DNA of 64,000 bases, from NCBI RefSeq assembly GCF_006345805.1, contig NC_043000.1, positions 119,908,001-119,972,000 of the forward strand. The letters run 5' to 3'. Made by a program: the position numbers and the translations under genes. Shown here piece by piece: positions 25,220-38,406 of this stretch (within the stretch, counting starts at the first letter, position 1; each line of letters starts with the position of its first letter). This DNA is from Octopus sinensis. Lineage: Eukaryota. The notes below the pieces were generated by a model that saw only the letters and a list, made by a program, of their open reading frames with translations, searched no databases and was not told where the DNA came from.

Positions 25220-25750
25220 AGACAGAAAATGGAGGAGAAATATCAATGGTTATTTTAACCTCTAACTTAGCTAACCTTATGTATGTGTATATATATATAT
25301 TATGTGTATATATTATATGTATGTATGTATTATATATATATATATATGTATGTATGTATGTGTGTGTTTGTGTGTATAATTTTGTAATTTAGTCATAGCC
25401 ATTCATTACAGTTCCATTATAGTGCAGCTGCTCAGTAAAGTTTCAGTCTTGTAGAGCCTCCCCCTCTCCCAGTCCATTTTTTCAACCATTCACCCAACAT
25501 GTCTCTGAAGTAAAAGTACACTGCCATGTACATCAATACATCATGATTTCACACCCTTAATTCTCTTAAAGCCCCTCAGTAACGTCTGTGATACGTTGTG
25601 TTACATGATTGGTACATGATTCAATAATCCAATATATTGCGTTTCAATGTCATTTTGTATGAAATACATTCTTCTTCTCCATCATCATCATCATTCAAGT
25701 CTTGCGAGTGGATCTGGTAGACAGAAACTGAAAAAAACCTCTCATGTATA

Positions 25751-25912
25751 GGTGCAGGAGTGCCTGTGTGGTTAGTAGCTTGCTTGTCAACAACGTGGTT
25801 GTGGGTTCACTCCCACTGCGTGGCATCTTGAGCAAGTGTCTTCTACTATAGCCTCGGGCTGACCAAAGCCCTGTGAGTGGGTTTGGTAGATGGAAACTGA
25901 AATAAGTCTGTC

Positions 25913-25964
<52 letters not shown>

Positions 25965-26175
25965 ATGTTGGTGTCTGTTTGTCCCCACAACACCACTTGA
26001 CAACCAATGTGCTGGTGTGTTTACGTCCCCATAACTTAGCAGTTCAGCCAAAGAGACCGATAGAATAAGTACTAGGCTTACAAAGAATAAGTCCTGGGGT
26101 CGATTTGCTCGACTAAAGCCGGTGCTCCAGCATGGCCACAGTCAGATAACTGAAACAAGTTAAAGAGTAAAGAAT
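25751..26175 (+). mobile_element. SINE family A, near full length
   Basis: ggtgcaggagtgcctgtgtggttag head through gtcctggggtcgatttgctcgactaaag...gaaacaagt tail. Confidence 0.85.
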
Positions 26176-26429
26176 AAAAGACTAGTAAGCTTAGCTGATG
26201 AGCTTTAAGTGTCAGTTCAGCATAGAAAGTGAAATAAATTGAGACTGGGATATCTACCCTCCTCTTTGTAGTTTTACAAATGTGACGGCTATTTCTTTTT
26301 ATGTATATTTGCTATACTCTCTGTGCATGTTTACATATGGTGAGAGATGTGGGGCTTGGAAGAATTTTAACCTCTTCTTTCCAGCAAACTGGTGCAGATT
26401 GTACCTTGACTTTTAATATGTATATATAT

Positions 26430-27883
26430 AGATCAACTATTGACATGATATTCTCCATACGCCAACTTCAGGAGAAGTCCAGAGAGCAGAAAATACCATT
26501 ATATATGGCCTTCATTTATCTGACAAAGGCCTTTGACTCGGTAAGTAGAAAAAGCCTCTTCATCCTGCTCCAAAAAATCGGGTGTCCACCAAAGCTGCTG
26601 AGGATGATCAAGTCTTTCCATGATGACATACAAGGCACCATACAGCACAATGGTTCAACATCAGCCGCCTTCCAAATAAAAAACGGGGTAAAGCAAGGTT
26701 GTGTCCTCGTTCCTACATTATTTGGCATTTTCTTTTCACTCTTGCTCTCACATGCCTTTCAGACATCAGATGATGGAGTGTTTCTGCACAGTTGAAGTGA
26801 CGGGAAACTGTTCAATCTCTCGCGCCTGCGTGTCAAGACCAAAATCAGAAACGTCCTGACCAAGGAGATGCTATTTGCTGATGATGCCGCTTTGGTATCA
26901 CATACACAAGCCCTCCAAAGGCTCATTAACTGTTTTGAGCAGGCATGTAACGACTTTGGCTTAGCTATCAGCCTTAAGAAGACCAACATCATGGGTCAGG
27001 CTACATCGGACATCCCAAACATACATATTGGAGATCACAGATTACAGGAGGTGGAGAAGTTTACCTATCTTGGCTCTACTGTCACCTACAACCTATCCCT
27101 TGATACTGAGCTCAATATACGCATTGGCAAGGCAGCCGCTGCGATGGCCCAACTCTCCAAATGGGCATGGGACAACAATAAGCTGACCAAGACCACGAAA
27201 ATGAAGATCTACCAGGCATGTGTACTTAGCAGTCTATTGTATGGAAGTGAGACTTGGACGCTATACACATGCCAAGAGCGTCGCCTAAACATCTTTCACC
27301 TGCGCTGCCTCCGGAAAATCCTCTGCATCAAATGGCAGAATCATATCCCCAACAAAGATGTCCTCAAGCAAGCAGGAATACCAAGCATGTTTGCACTCCT
27401 CACACAAAGGCGTATGAGATGGCTTGGGCATGTTAGCCATATGAAAGATGGCAGAATCCCCAAGGACATACTATACGGAGAGCTTGCTAGGGGTACTAGG
27501 TCTGTGGGAAGACCGTTCTTACGTTACAAGGATGTTTGCAAAAAGGACATGAAGGCCTGCAACATCAATATTAGCAATTGGGAAGCAGTTGCCAGCAACC
27601 GTGGAGATTGGTGACGTACCGTGAAAGAGGGAATACAAAGGAGTGACAGAGAGAGAGAGGAGAAATGGAAAGACAAGAAAAGACGTCAACAAGAAATTAT
27701 GACATTACAACCAGTCAGGAACAGTCTTCGCCACATTTGTGGTACCTGCCAGAGGGAGTGTTTGTCCAGGATAGGACTGCACAGCCACAGCAGGAAATGT
27801 ATCAGGACATGAAATGTAAAAGCCAGACTAGACTATTTTATGCGCAACTCCATTGTCTCCCGAGACAAAAAGGATGCCAACCA
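26430..27883 (+). mobile_element. 5'-truncated RTE-clade LINE: reverse transcriptase, C-terminal Cys/His knuckle and 3' UTR
   Basis: One frame from 26430 to 27812 with only two internal TGA stops (26793, 27612): RSTIDMIFSIRQLQEK, KAFDSV, GVKQGCVL, LFADD, FTYLGS, LLYGSETW, RMRWLGHV, CGTCQRECLSRIGLHSHSRKC; flanked by TA-rich sequence. Confidence 0.95.
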
Positions 27884-27904
27884 TAATATATATACATATT
27901 CTTT

Positions 27905-28288
27905 CATTTGTTTCAGTCATTTGACTGTGGCCATACTGAAGCACCGCCTTTCTAGTCAAACAAATTGACCGCAGGACTTATTCTTTGTAAGCCTAGTACT
28001 TACAGTATCGGTCACTTTTGCTGAACTGCTAAGATATGGGGACGTAAACACACCAATATCTGTTGTCAAGCGATGATGAGGGAACTAACACAGAAACACA
28101 AGCATACACACACAGAGACACAGACACACACACACACACACATATACAATGGGCGTATTTCAGTTTCTGTCTACCAAATCCACTCACAAGGCAGTGGTCA
28201 GCCTGAGGCTATTGTAGAAGACAGTTGCCCAAGGTGTCACGCAGTGGGACTGAATCCGAAACTTACCACACAGCCACTCCTGCTCCTG
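27905..28288 (-). mobile_element. SINE family A
   Basis: Reverse complement of 25751-26175. Confidence 0.85.
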
Positions 28289-28757
28289 TATATATAAATA
28301 ACAATTGAAGGACAGGTATCACTTCATTATGACCATTTCTAATGACTCCTTTAATTGATTAATGAGTACACTATATCATTATAAGAAAACCGTATTCTTC
28401 AGGTGAATACATGAACTTTACAATCAAGGACATTCCAAATGATTTAATATATTTTAAAATCCATGGAGCAAAGCATTTTCACTGATTCTGCTACTATTTC
28501 AGTTATATATATATATATCTAAAATAAGTTTTATTACATTGTATTTTTTGTGTCCCCTTAAAAGCAAGAAGTGGAAAGCTTTGCAGCCTATGTTATGTAC
28601 ATCCTGATTTTGCCTGCATTTTGGTGCAGGAACTCACCAACAGACAAATAGAGTTAGTAGTGAAGCTTATAGACTTTTGGTGAGACCCAAGTGAATAATC
28701 CATAGAATTCTAGTTTCATAAGGAAATTGCAGTGGACATGGAAAACCATTATCTTAA

Positions 28758-28977
28758 CCCTTTCAATTCCAATCCGGCTGAAGCCGGCTCTGGCTCTGAG
28801 TACAAATGTCTTGCTTTCATAAGTTTTGAATTAAAATCTTCCACCAAACCTTAGTCACAATTTATGTTCCTAACACTAACTTAATGGTAACTAAGTTATT
28901 TTACTAAATTCTTTGTTATATTTAATGTAATTGAAAGAAACACAGAGCATCTCAAAATAAATATGGTAACAAAAGGG
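28758..28977. mobile_element. piggyBac-like MITE family 1, copy 1
   Basis: TTAA|CCCTTT ... AAAGGG|TTAA; 220 bp. Confidence 0.85.
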
Positions 28978-29008
28978 TTAAAATATACAATAGAGAAACA
29001 ATTCTTAA

Positions 29009-29230
29009 CCTTTTTGATACCAACCTAGCTGAAACCACCTCTGGCTCTGTAGTACAAATGTCTTTTTTTTCATAAGATTTGAATTTAAACTTTCCACCAA
29101 ACCTTAGTCACTATTTATGTTCCTAACACTAGCTTAATGACAACTAAGTTATTTTACTAAAGTCTTTGTTATAGTTAAAGTAATTGAAAGAAACACAGAG
29201 CATCTCAAAATAAATACAGTAACGAAAGGG
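29009..29230. mobile_element. piggyBac-like MITE family 1, copy 2
   Basis: TTAA|CCTTTT ... AAAGGG|TTAA; aligns end to end with 28758-28977. Confidence 0.85.
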
Positions 29231-29605
29231 TTAAAGCTAGTTATCTCTTGAAGAAGGGAATTTATGGCAAATGGGAAGTTTAAAAGTTTCTGTTGATGGA
29301 AGACCACTTTATTTATCATTAGAAACAGAAGAGAAGAATAAGGGTCAGTTCTCTACCATTTGGTGGTTGTTCCGTAGTCGTTCCTTGTTTAAATTAACCA
29401 TCCAGTCATTCATCTTCTTTTGTGAAAAATATGTCTGGCTATGGGGGGGGGGGAGAAAAAATTACCTTGCATGGAAAGAGGTGAATGTCAGCAAGAAGAA
29501 AGGTATCTGGCTGTAAATAAAATCTGCCTCTTTAACCCCCCCCCCACCTGATCCATACAAGCATGAAAATTAATTAATAATGTTTATGATGTTGACGACG
29601 ACGAT

Positions 29606-29720
29606 GCTTCATCATCATCATCACCATCATCATCATCACCACCATCATCATCATCACCACCATCATCATCATCACCACCATCATCACCATCATCATCATC
29701 ATCATCCTCATCATCATCTT
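29606..29720. repeat. (CAT/CAC)n microsatellite
   Basis: Direct reading; lies about 80 nt upstream of a PNPT1 exon. Confidence 0.98.
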
Positions 29721-29801
29721 GTTTATGGTGAAAAAAATGCATTATTATACTTTGAGTTTTACAGACTTTCACACTTGATTCTTTGCATTTCTGTTTTTCA
29801 G

Positions 29802-29873
29802 GGTATTGAAGACTACATGGGTGACATGGACTTCAAGTTGGCTGGTACAAAGAAAGGAATCACTGCTCTACAG
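29802..29873 (+). CDS. PNPT1: PNPT1 internal exon containing the catalytic metal-binding D-x5-D motif
   Basis: ttttcag|GGT ATT GAA...CTA CAG|gtaata; 72 nt; [24 protein letters not shown]; phase 0-0, in frame with the previous exon (TDIL|GIED). Confidence 0.97.
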
Positions 29874-30134
29874 GTAATATTCCTTTTCTGCAGCCAACAC
29901 TTACTCAGCATGACTTTCCTGAGTCATATCTTCTCGTTGTTTCTTCTGCCATGACAGAACTGGTCTTTACTTATAAACACATTGCTAATGTGATGTTATC
30001 TCTAAGTTAAATCTACTTGGTATTCTCATTCGCTCTCTTTACATGTAATGTCTCACCTCTTGGTTCCTGTGCCAAATAATTTTAAGTCAGTGCTTGTTCC
30101 ATTATCACACCACTACCATGACTAATATTTATTT

Positions 30135-30915
30135 CTTTATTGCCCACTGTGGGGCTAAACATAGAGGGGACACACAAAGACAGACAAAGAGATTAAGTTG
30201 ATTACATCAACCCCAGTGTGTAACTGGTACTTGTTTAATTGACTCCGAAAGGATGAAAGGCAAAGTCGACCTCGGTGGAATTTGAACTCAGAACGTAGCA
30301 GCACACAAAATAACGCTAAGCATTTCGCCCGGTGTGCTAATGATTCTGCCAGCTCACCGCCCTCCTAATATTAGTGTTCCGTTATCACACCACTGCCATG
30401 AGTAATGTTACCAGCACAAACACACACACACACACACACACGCACACACATTCACAAATGTTAAAGAATGTTGTCATCCATTGTCTATATCTTTTTTTCT
30501 ACTCTAGGCTTGAAATTTTTGGGGAGGGGGCCAGTCATTAGATCGATCCCAGTACACAACTGGTACTTTATTTATTGACCCTGAAAGGATGAAAGGCAAT
30601 GTCAACCTTGGTGGAGTTTGAAGTCAGAATGTAAAGACAGACAAAATACCCCTAAGCATTTCGCCCAATGTGCTAACGATTCGGCCAACTCACTGCCTTA
30701 CATTCTGTATAATATTCTTTTCTATTCTAGACACAAGACCTGAAATTTCCTGGGGTAGAGGGGTGGGCGATTAGATCGACCTCAGTATACAACTGGTACT
30801 TAATTTATTGACCCTGAAAGGATGACAAGCAAAGTTGACTTTGGTTGAATTTGAAGTTAGAATGTAGCTGCAGACGAAATACCACTAAGCATTTCATCTG
30901 GTGGGCTAACGATTC
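30135..30915 (-). mobile_element. Cluster of three SINE family B copies (about 30135-30365, 30500-30680, 30770-30915)
   Basis: Each contains gaaaggatgaaaggcaaagtcgacctcgg...gaatttgaa.tcagaa. Confidence 0.8.
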
Positions 30916-31099
30916 TGCCAGTTTGCCACCTTCATACATTGTCTGTATCACTAAAAGCAAGTTACTGTGACTACCACACATAATGCATACACGCCAATCT
31001 AGAAACCATGGCAAGTCAGAGCAATGTGGTGCTGTTGTTGTATAATACAGGATATCATAGGACTAGAATTCATGCTTTTGCACCTTTATACACTCTCTC

Positions 31100-32390
31100 T
31101 CATCATCATCATCGCCATCGTTTAACATCCGCATTTCCATGCTGGCATGGGATGGACGGTTTGACTGAGAACTGGCTGCACCAGGCTCCATTCTGATCTG
31201 GCAAAGTTTCTACAGTTGGATGCCCTTCCTAACGCCAACCACTCTGAGAGTGTAGTGGGTGCTTTTATGTTCCACTGGCACGAGGGCCACTCAGGTGGTA
31301 CTGGCAATGATCATGCTCAAAAGGTGTTTTTTACATGCCACCTGCATGGGGAGCCAGTTCAGCGGGACTAGCAACAACCACGCTCAAATGTTTTTCACAT
31401 GCTACTGGCTCATGTTCCAGTGAGGCCACACTGACAACTATCACGCTTGAATAGTGCTTTTTACATGCCGCTGGCATGGGAGCTAGTCAGCAGCCCTAGC
31501 ATCGATCATGCTTGGATGGTGCTTTTAATGTTCCACTGGCATGAGTGCCAAGCAAGCAGTATTGTCATCGGCCACGTCAGCGATTTTGATTTCACTTGCC
31601 TCAACAGGTCTTCGCAAGCAAATTTCATTGTTCAATGAATGAAGGGTACTCATAAGTGGGCTGGTTATACACCACTGGCATAGGCCATGGGTTATGGTCT
31701 CACTTGGTTTAAAGCCAATACGTTAGATAGGAGCAGTCATTATTTATCAGTTGACAAATATTGCTTGCTGAAGTTATAAACAAGAGCATCCTTAATTCTT
31801 GTTCATTTCATTGGTTCAGGAGTACGTTTGGTTGATGAGACATAACAATGTTGAAATACTGGTTGTTCTGGAGTTCCTTGTGCTAATGAATCAAGTGTGT
31901 TATGAACATGTTCATCATGAAAGAAAAGTTCATCATCATCATCATCGTTTAATGTCCACTTTCCATGCTAGCATGGGTTGGACAATTTGACTGTGGTCTG
32001 GCGAACCAGATGGTTGCACTAGGCTCCAATCTGATCTGGCAGAGTTTCTACAGCTGGATGCCCTTCTTAACGCCAACCACTCTGAGAGTGTAGTGGGTAC
32101 TTTTACGTGCCACCGGGACGAGAGCCAGTTAGGTGGTACTAGCAATGGTCACGCTCAAATGGTATTTTTTTTATGTGCCACATGCACAGGAGTCAGTCCA
32201 GCGGCACTGGCAACAACCTCGCTCGAATGTTTTTTTCACGTGCCACCAGCACAAATGCTAGTAAGGCGACTCAAGTAATGATCACGCTCGAATGGTGTTT
32301 TTTTTTTACATGCCATCGGCACGGAGGCCAGCTTGTTGCTCTGGCAATGATCTCACTTGTATGGTACTCTTTGCGCTCCACTAGCACGGA
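31100..32390 (-). mobile_element. Two family C copies (31100-31715, 31930-32390)
   Basis: (cat)n tails at 31101 and 31932 on the + strand; internal tandem units. Confidence 0.8.
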
Positions 32391-33121
32391 TGCTGTTCTC
32401 CTTTACGCATATTCATGTTTGAATCTGCCGAAACATATTAAAACTAAAGCTGCAAGTCATCAGTATTCGTTTGACTCTAGTAGCAGACTTCTAGAAGCTA
32501 CAATGGGAACGATCTCATAGGATGGGAGATAAAGTTTGGAAAGTTGAGCTCACACAAACGTCATTCTCACCCATGACAATGCTTCGAAGCTTCGATTGCT
32601 CCATCAGATCCTTCTTTGAGCTCAGATGTCCAACAAGTCTATTGTCCGTTAATGCATCTAATAATAATAAAAAAGTAAAACAAATATAAAATAAAAATGA
32701 AAATTAAAAAATAAAGTAGGTGCGTAATAAACAAAAGACAACATAACTAAACTGGCACTGTCAGCATATCCAGAATTTCGACTTCAGTCCTCTATTCTTT
32801 CGATAAAGCATTCCATTTAAGCCTAGTGGGAAGAAATAACTATACATAATATATATATGAAAAGGGGGCGGGGGACAATATATTGTGTTACATGCTCGTA
32901 TGTATGTATGTATGTTTATATGTATATAACAAGTCTAGAGCGAGTTCAGAAAGATTATAAAAACTAATGCAAATAATAATTTATCATCTGAGTTTTTTTT
33001 TTTTTTTTTTTTTTTTTTTCACCTGACAGAATGTTTGAGACTTCATGTTGGCAAGTAAATAACTAACTCTATGTACCAAAAAAAAAATCTAGTGTAAAAA
33101 AAAAGGAGGAAAAAATATCTA

Positions 33122-33167
<46 letters not shown>

Positions 33168-33999
33168 GGCAAAAATATGGAAAAAATATTACACCAAGCT
33201 GTCTGGAAAATACAAGCATTGATAGAGCTAGTGAATGATGCAAAGTCAACCATACAGCAAATATATATATATTCTGAATAGAGTTGACGAGTGTAGATAG
33301 TAGACCAGGCTCTTACTGTTTTTTTTTTTCCACTGCTTTCAGTAATTTCAATATTTCTGAACCAACGTTCAGATACATATCTAAAGCTGCTAACTCCTAT
33401 GGTGAACTGATGGCCACCATAGCGAAAGAAAGAGACTTGTGAATTTGGTTACAAATCATTGTTATTCAGCATTTGTGAATGATAACGAGTTACATAGGTA
33501 GAATTGGCATGGCTAAGTGGTCAAGAAGGCTGATTTGTAATCGTGCAGTCAAGGGTTCAAGCTCACTGTGTACCACTAGGCATCACTTGGGCAAGTGTCT
33601 TCTACCATAGCCTTGGGTTGACCAATGCTCTGTGAGTGGAATTTGGTAACCAGAAACAAGTATGTGTATCTTTTACTTCTTTTAGTTATTTAACTGTGGC
33701 CATGCTGGGGCACTATTTGAAGGGTTTTGGTCGAACAAATCAACCCCCCAATCCTTATTGTTTTTTAAAGTCTAGTACTTATTTCATCAGTCTCTTTTGT
33801 TGCACTGCTAAGTTACTGGGACACAGACAGACTGATAAAATTTAGTTCCTACTTCATTGCTCTCTTGCTAAACTGCTAAGTTATAAGGACATAAACAAAC
33901 CAAGAATTCTGGTACTTCTTTCATCCATCAGTCTCTTTCACTGAACTGCTAAGTGACACTGATATAAACAAGCCAATAATCCTGGTACATAACTGGCAG

Positions 34000-34540
34000 C
34001 ATAACTGGCCCATTTAAGAGTACCCTTCAATCATTGGGCAATAATCTGTGCTTGCGAAGACCTGTTGAGGCAAGTGAAATCCTTGTCGTGGCCGATGACA
34101 GTACTGCCTGATTGGCACCCATGTCAGTGCATGTAAAAAGCACCATTCATGTGTGTTTAATGCCAGTGCCGCCTGACTGACTCCCATGCTGGAGGCACGT
34201 AAAAAGCACCATTCGAGTGTGATCATTGCCAGTGCTGCCTGACTGGCTCCTGTGCTAGTGACACATAAAAAACACCATTTAAGCATGGTGGATTTCAGTG
34301 CCACCTGACTGGCTCCTGTGCTAGTGGCACATAAAAAACACCATTTGAGTATGGTTGATGCCAGTGCTGCCTGACTAGCTCCTGTGCCGGTGGCACATGA
34401 GAAGCACTCTCGAAGTGGTTGGCATTAGGAAGGGCATCCAGCTGTAGAAACTTTACCAGTTCAAACTGGAGCCAGGTGCAGCCTTCTGGTTTGCCAGCTC
34501 TCAGTCAAACCGTCAAACCCATGCCAACATGGAAAGCCTG
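34000..34540 (+). mobile_element. Family C with about 5 internal units
   Basis: As for the other family C copies. Confidence 0.8.
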
Positions 34541-35146
34541 CTCATTATGTGTATGAGGAGAGGGAAAGGGTTTATGTCAGCCATGTTCAATTAATAAATT
34601 GCACTGACTCTTTTCCCCCCCTCACCCTCTCACTTTCTCTCCTTTCTATCTGTGTTATATATTTTGTGTGTGTATGTGTGTTTCTATGAGTATATTTGCT
34701 TCTAGCGCTAAAAGGTACTGTCACCAAAACAGGTTCAGTGTCCACTCAGTTGTTCCGAATTGCAATCATTTAAAGAACTGTCCCTAATTGTCTCATTGTG
34801 TTTCAGGAATGGGTTTGGTCAGCCAAGACAGGTTTCAGACTTTATGTAACCAATGAACAGGTTTATGTAGTTGAGACTATTCTAACTCCCATAAGCACTC
34901 CTGTATTCTGTTGTAGATCTCACTGGATACCTTACTGAGGCACGATAATTTACTGGTATATAATATCTCACTGATAAAATGGTACAGATCCCTTTCGGTC
35001 AAGAATGACCAAGGGATCACACCTAGAAAGCCCTCCACCCCAAACCCCCCAGACACAAATCTGCGTAAGGTTGTTTATGGAGGACCAGCAGTCGCCCATA
35101 CATACCAGCCTCCCCTCTCCACGCTAGTGATGTTATCCAAGTGAAA

Positions 35147-35377
35147 GGCGGTGAGCTGGCAGAACCGTTAGCACACCGGGCGAAATGCGTAGCCGTATTT
35201 TGTCTGCCGTTACGTTCTGAGTTCAAATTCCGCCGAGGTCTACTTTGCCTTTCATCCTTTCGGGGTCAATTAAATAAGTACCAGTTATGCACTGGGTTAG
35301 ATGTAATCGACTTAATCCATTTGTCTGTCCTTGTTTGTCCCCTCTATGTTTAGCCCCTTGTGGGTAATAAAGAAACA
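35147..35377 (+). mobile_element. Full-length tRNA-derived SINE family B (231 bp) with 18-bp TSD
   Basis: TSD gatgttatccaagtgaaa at 35129-35146 and 35378-35395; head ggcggtgagctggcagaa, B box gagttcaaattcc; central ctttgcctttcatcctttcggggtc resembles the Meta/MESC SINE domain (from memory); inserted in a family E SINE. Confidence 0.9.
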
Positions 35378-36029
35378 GATGTTATCCAAGTGAAAGGCAA
35401 AGGCCGATACAACTTGGCACTAGTGACATCGCAACTCATTTCTACTGATGAGTGAACTGGAGCAATGTGAAATAAAGTGTCTTGCTCAAGAACACAATGC
35501 ACAGCCTGGTCCAAGAATTAAACTCACTACCCCATGATTGTCAGCCCGACTCTCAATCCGCCGAGTCATATGCCTTCACTGTTATGTGACATCTTACTGG
35601 TTTGTGATGTTTTACTAGTGTATGTTATCTGACTGGCACTTGATATCTTTTGAACAGTATAAGATAAATACGAGATCCGGAAATAAAGAACATATTTTAG
35701 TCAAGAAACCAAATGTTATAATCTCCTCAGATATCTGAAAAATGTATTGGCTTTGAACTGTTTGGAAGAAATCATTTAAATATTAGCAGCCAACCAAGTG
35801 AAAAACAAAGATGATACAAGAGATGTATTAACAGTGATACCTGCAGCAGGTTTGATAAGAAAGCCTCCAACTGTGCAAGTGATTTGAAAGTTTATTTACT
35901 GCTATATTAACTTTTCACCTACATAGCTTTATTGTGACTTCTTTAAATGATAAAAACAAAGCGATTGTTAGTGATCATAAAGGTACAATGGAGTGTTTGC
36001 ATGCAGTTGTTGTTGCTGCTGCTGCTGTT

Positions 36030-36392
36030 GCTGTTGAGCGAACGGTCTTCGTCCCAGAGCTCGCAAGATGGGAGAAGTCCGAAACGTGGTCCTTTGCTAC
36101 TTGTAAGACCTGCAGAAGAGAAAGCAGGTCAACCCCCAATACCAAGAGCACCGACGGATGGATGAATGCGCATCCAGGCTCAGCGGTTGCATAGGAAGTC
36201 GGGGACAAGAAAGAGTGAGAGAAAGTTGGAGTGAAAGAGTACAACAGGGGTCGCCACCACCCCCTGCCGGAGCCTCGTGGAGCTTTAGGTGTTTTTGCTC
36301 AATAAACACACACAATGCCCAGTCTGGGAATCGAAATCGTGATCCTCCGACCGTGAGTCCGTTGCCCTAACCACTGGGCCATTGCGCCTCTT
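36030..36392 (-). mobile_element. tRNA-derived SINE family F (related copy at 18722-19015, +)
   Basis: gaggcgcaatggcccagtggttaggg head, tttcgattccc B box, cacctaaagctccacgaggctcc body. Confidence 0.7.
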
Positions 36393-37579
36393 TGTTGTTG
36401 CTGCTCAATATGTTCATGAAATCGAAGGTGACGAGCTGGTGGGATTGTTAGGATGCTGGGCAAAATGCTTAAGAACATTTAATCTGAGTTCAGATTCCAC
36501 CAAGGTCGACTTTGCTTTTTATCCTTTCAGGGTTGATAAATTAAGTACCAGTTGCATACTGGAGTCAATTTGTTGTGCTTGAAATATAAACTACAATTAC
36601 GGGTGCAGACACAATATGGCTAAGGCGTCTGCTTAATAATTGCTTAGTTTTGAGTTCAAACTCTCTATATGGCACCCTGGGCAAGTGCCCTCTACCATAG
36701 CGTTTGGTTGACTAAAACATCTCTAAGTGAACTTAGGTAAACAGAAACTTTATGGAAACCTGCTGGAGAGTTCTTTCATGCTCTCATGTGGTAGGCTCAG
36801 TCTTGCACCCTTTTTAAAATTTTTTTTTTATGCTAATAGAATTCACCCTGTTATAAGTATTCAGTTCAGCTTTCTATTTGCAGATAACTTTCTCCTTTAT
36901 TTCCTCCACCCACAAATGTCTTGAAGTGTTTTGCAAAAAAAATGACAATAACAAAAAAAAAATTACCATAGGAGTGGCTGTGTGGTAAGTAGCTAAGCAT
37001 TTTGCCCAGTGTGCTAACAATTCCACCAGCTTGCCACCTAAAATAATACTAATAATATTAAATGATGTCACTCGTTAGAAAACTCTAGTGTTTCCCATTC
37101 AAAGTTCTATGTATACTATTCAGTATCTCTATGGAAATTATCCGATTTTTAGATGAGTAATATGTTTGGTATACCTCCATATGTTTTTCTTTGAATGGCA
37201 GTTCGAATAAATTACTAATGTTGATTTATATCTTTAGTAACTTTCAAAGGTATCTTGGACTATTTTTTTTTATCAAAAGTATAGAGCTCTGAATAACAAC
37301 TGGACTCCATCCATGGAAAGCTATGGATTGGATAGCACGAATGGACAAGTGTTAAGTTGCATGTGTCTTTTCTGTCCACACAGTAAACAGATAACTTACA
37401 GAAGGCATGCTGTGTTGTTAAGAAGCTTATATTGCAACCACATGGTTTTGTGTGTGTCTGTCACTGTCTTCTTGCCATGACATAATGTGACAGATGTAAA
37501 TGAATGTCCACTGTTGGCCTTTGTTTTGGGTCTTCTGTGAGAACATGTCTGCTCACGAGGAACTAGTACCTTACATGCA

Positions 37580-37930
37580 GCCATGGCTGTGTGGTAAGAT
37601 GTTTGCTACTCAGCCACATATGGTTCTTGGTTCAGTCCCACTGCTGCATGGTACCTTGGGCTTCTACTATTCCCTCAGTTTGACCAAAGCCTTGTCAGTG
37701 ATTTTGGTAGATGGAAACTGAAAGAAGCTCATTGTATGTGTATATGTGTGTGTGTGTGTATACACTCTTTTACTGTGGCCATGCTGGAGCACCACTTTTA
37801 GTCGAACAAATCGACCCCCAGGACTTATTCTTTGTAAGCCTAGTACTTATTCTATTGGTCTCTTTTGCTGAACCTCTAAGTTACAAGGATGTAAACACGC
37901 CAACATCAGTTGTTAAGTGATGATGGGGGA

Positions 37931-37965
<35 letters not shown>

Positions 37966-38325
37966 CAGGCTTCTTTTAGTTTCTGTCTACCAAATCTACT
38001 CACAAGGCTTTAGTTGGCCTGAGGCTATAGTAGAAGACTCTTGCCCAAGCTGCCACTCAGTGGGACTGAACCCGGAACCATGTGGCATATATGTATATAT
38101 ATCTATGTGTGTGTATATGTTTGTGTGCCTGTGTTTGTCCCCCCAACATCGCTTGACAACCAATGCTGATGTGTTTACGTCCCTGTAACTTAGCGGTTCA
38201 GCAAAAGGGACTGATAAAATAAGTACTAGGCTTACAAAGAAAATAAGTCCTGGGGTCAGTTTGCTCGACTAAAGGCGGTGCTCCAGCATGGCCGCAGTCA
38301 AATGACTGAAACAAGTAAAAGAGTA
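37580..38325. mobile_element. Cluster of SINE family A pieces in +, -, + orientation
   Basis: 37580-37740 (+), 37770-38085 (-), 38095-38325 (+). Confidence 0.75.
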
Positions 38326-38406
38326 ATACACAAAATATTTAACAGGTTTTTTTTTATATAATCCTTAATAATATTTAGTTATATAAATACAATAGGATTT
38401 TTTTAA

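Larger units (their letters stand above)
9496..29801 (+). other. PNPT1: PNPT1 GT-AG intron, 20,306 bp, phase 0
   Basis: Bounded by the two exons; no PNPase-like coding sequence seen inside. Confidence 0.9.

Noticed and set aside
29580-29801. Poly-His extension in frame with the PNPT1 exon
   Set aside because: A (CAT/CAC)n microsatellite upstream of a clear acceptor; homology begins only at GIED.
36035-36092. Hairpin followed by GAAACGT
   Set aside because: No recognisable CUGANGA upstream.
36320-36392. SINE heads as genuine tRNA genes
   Set aside because: A and B boxes are present, but there is no complete cloverleaf and each runs into SINE body sequence.
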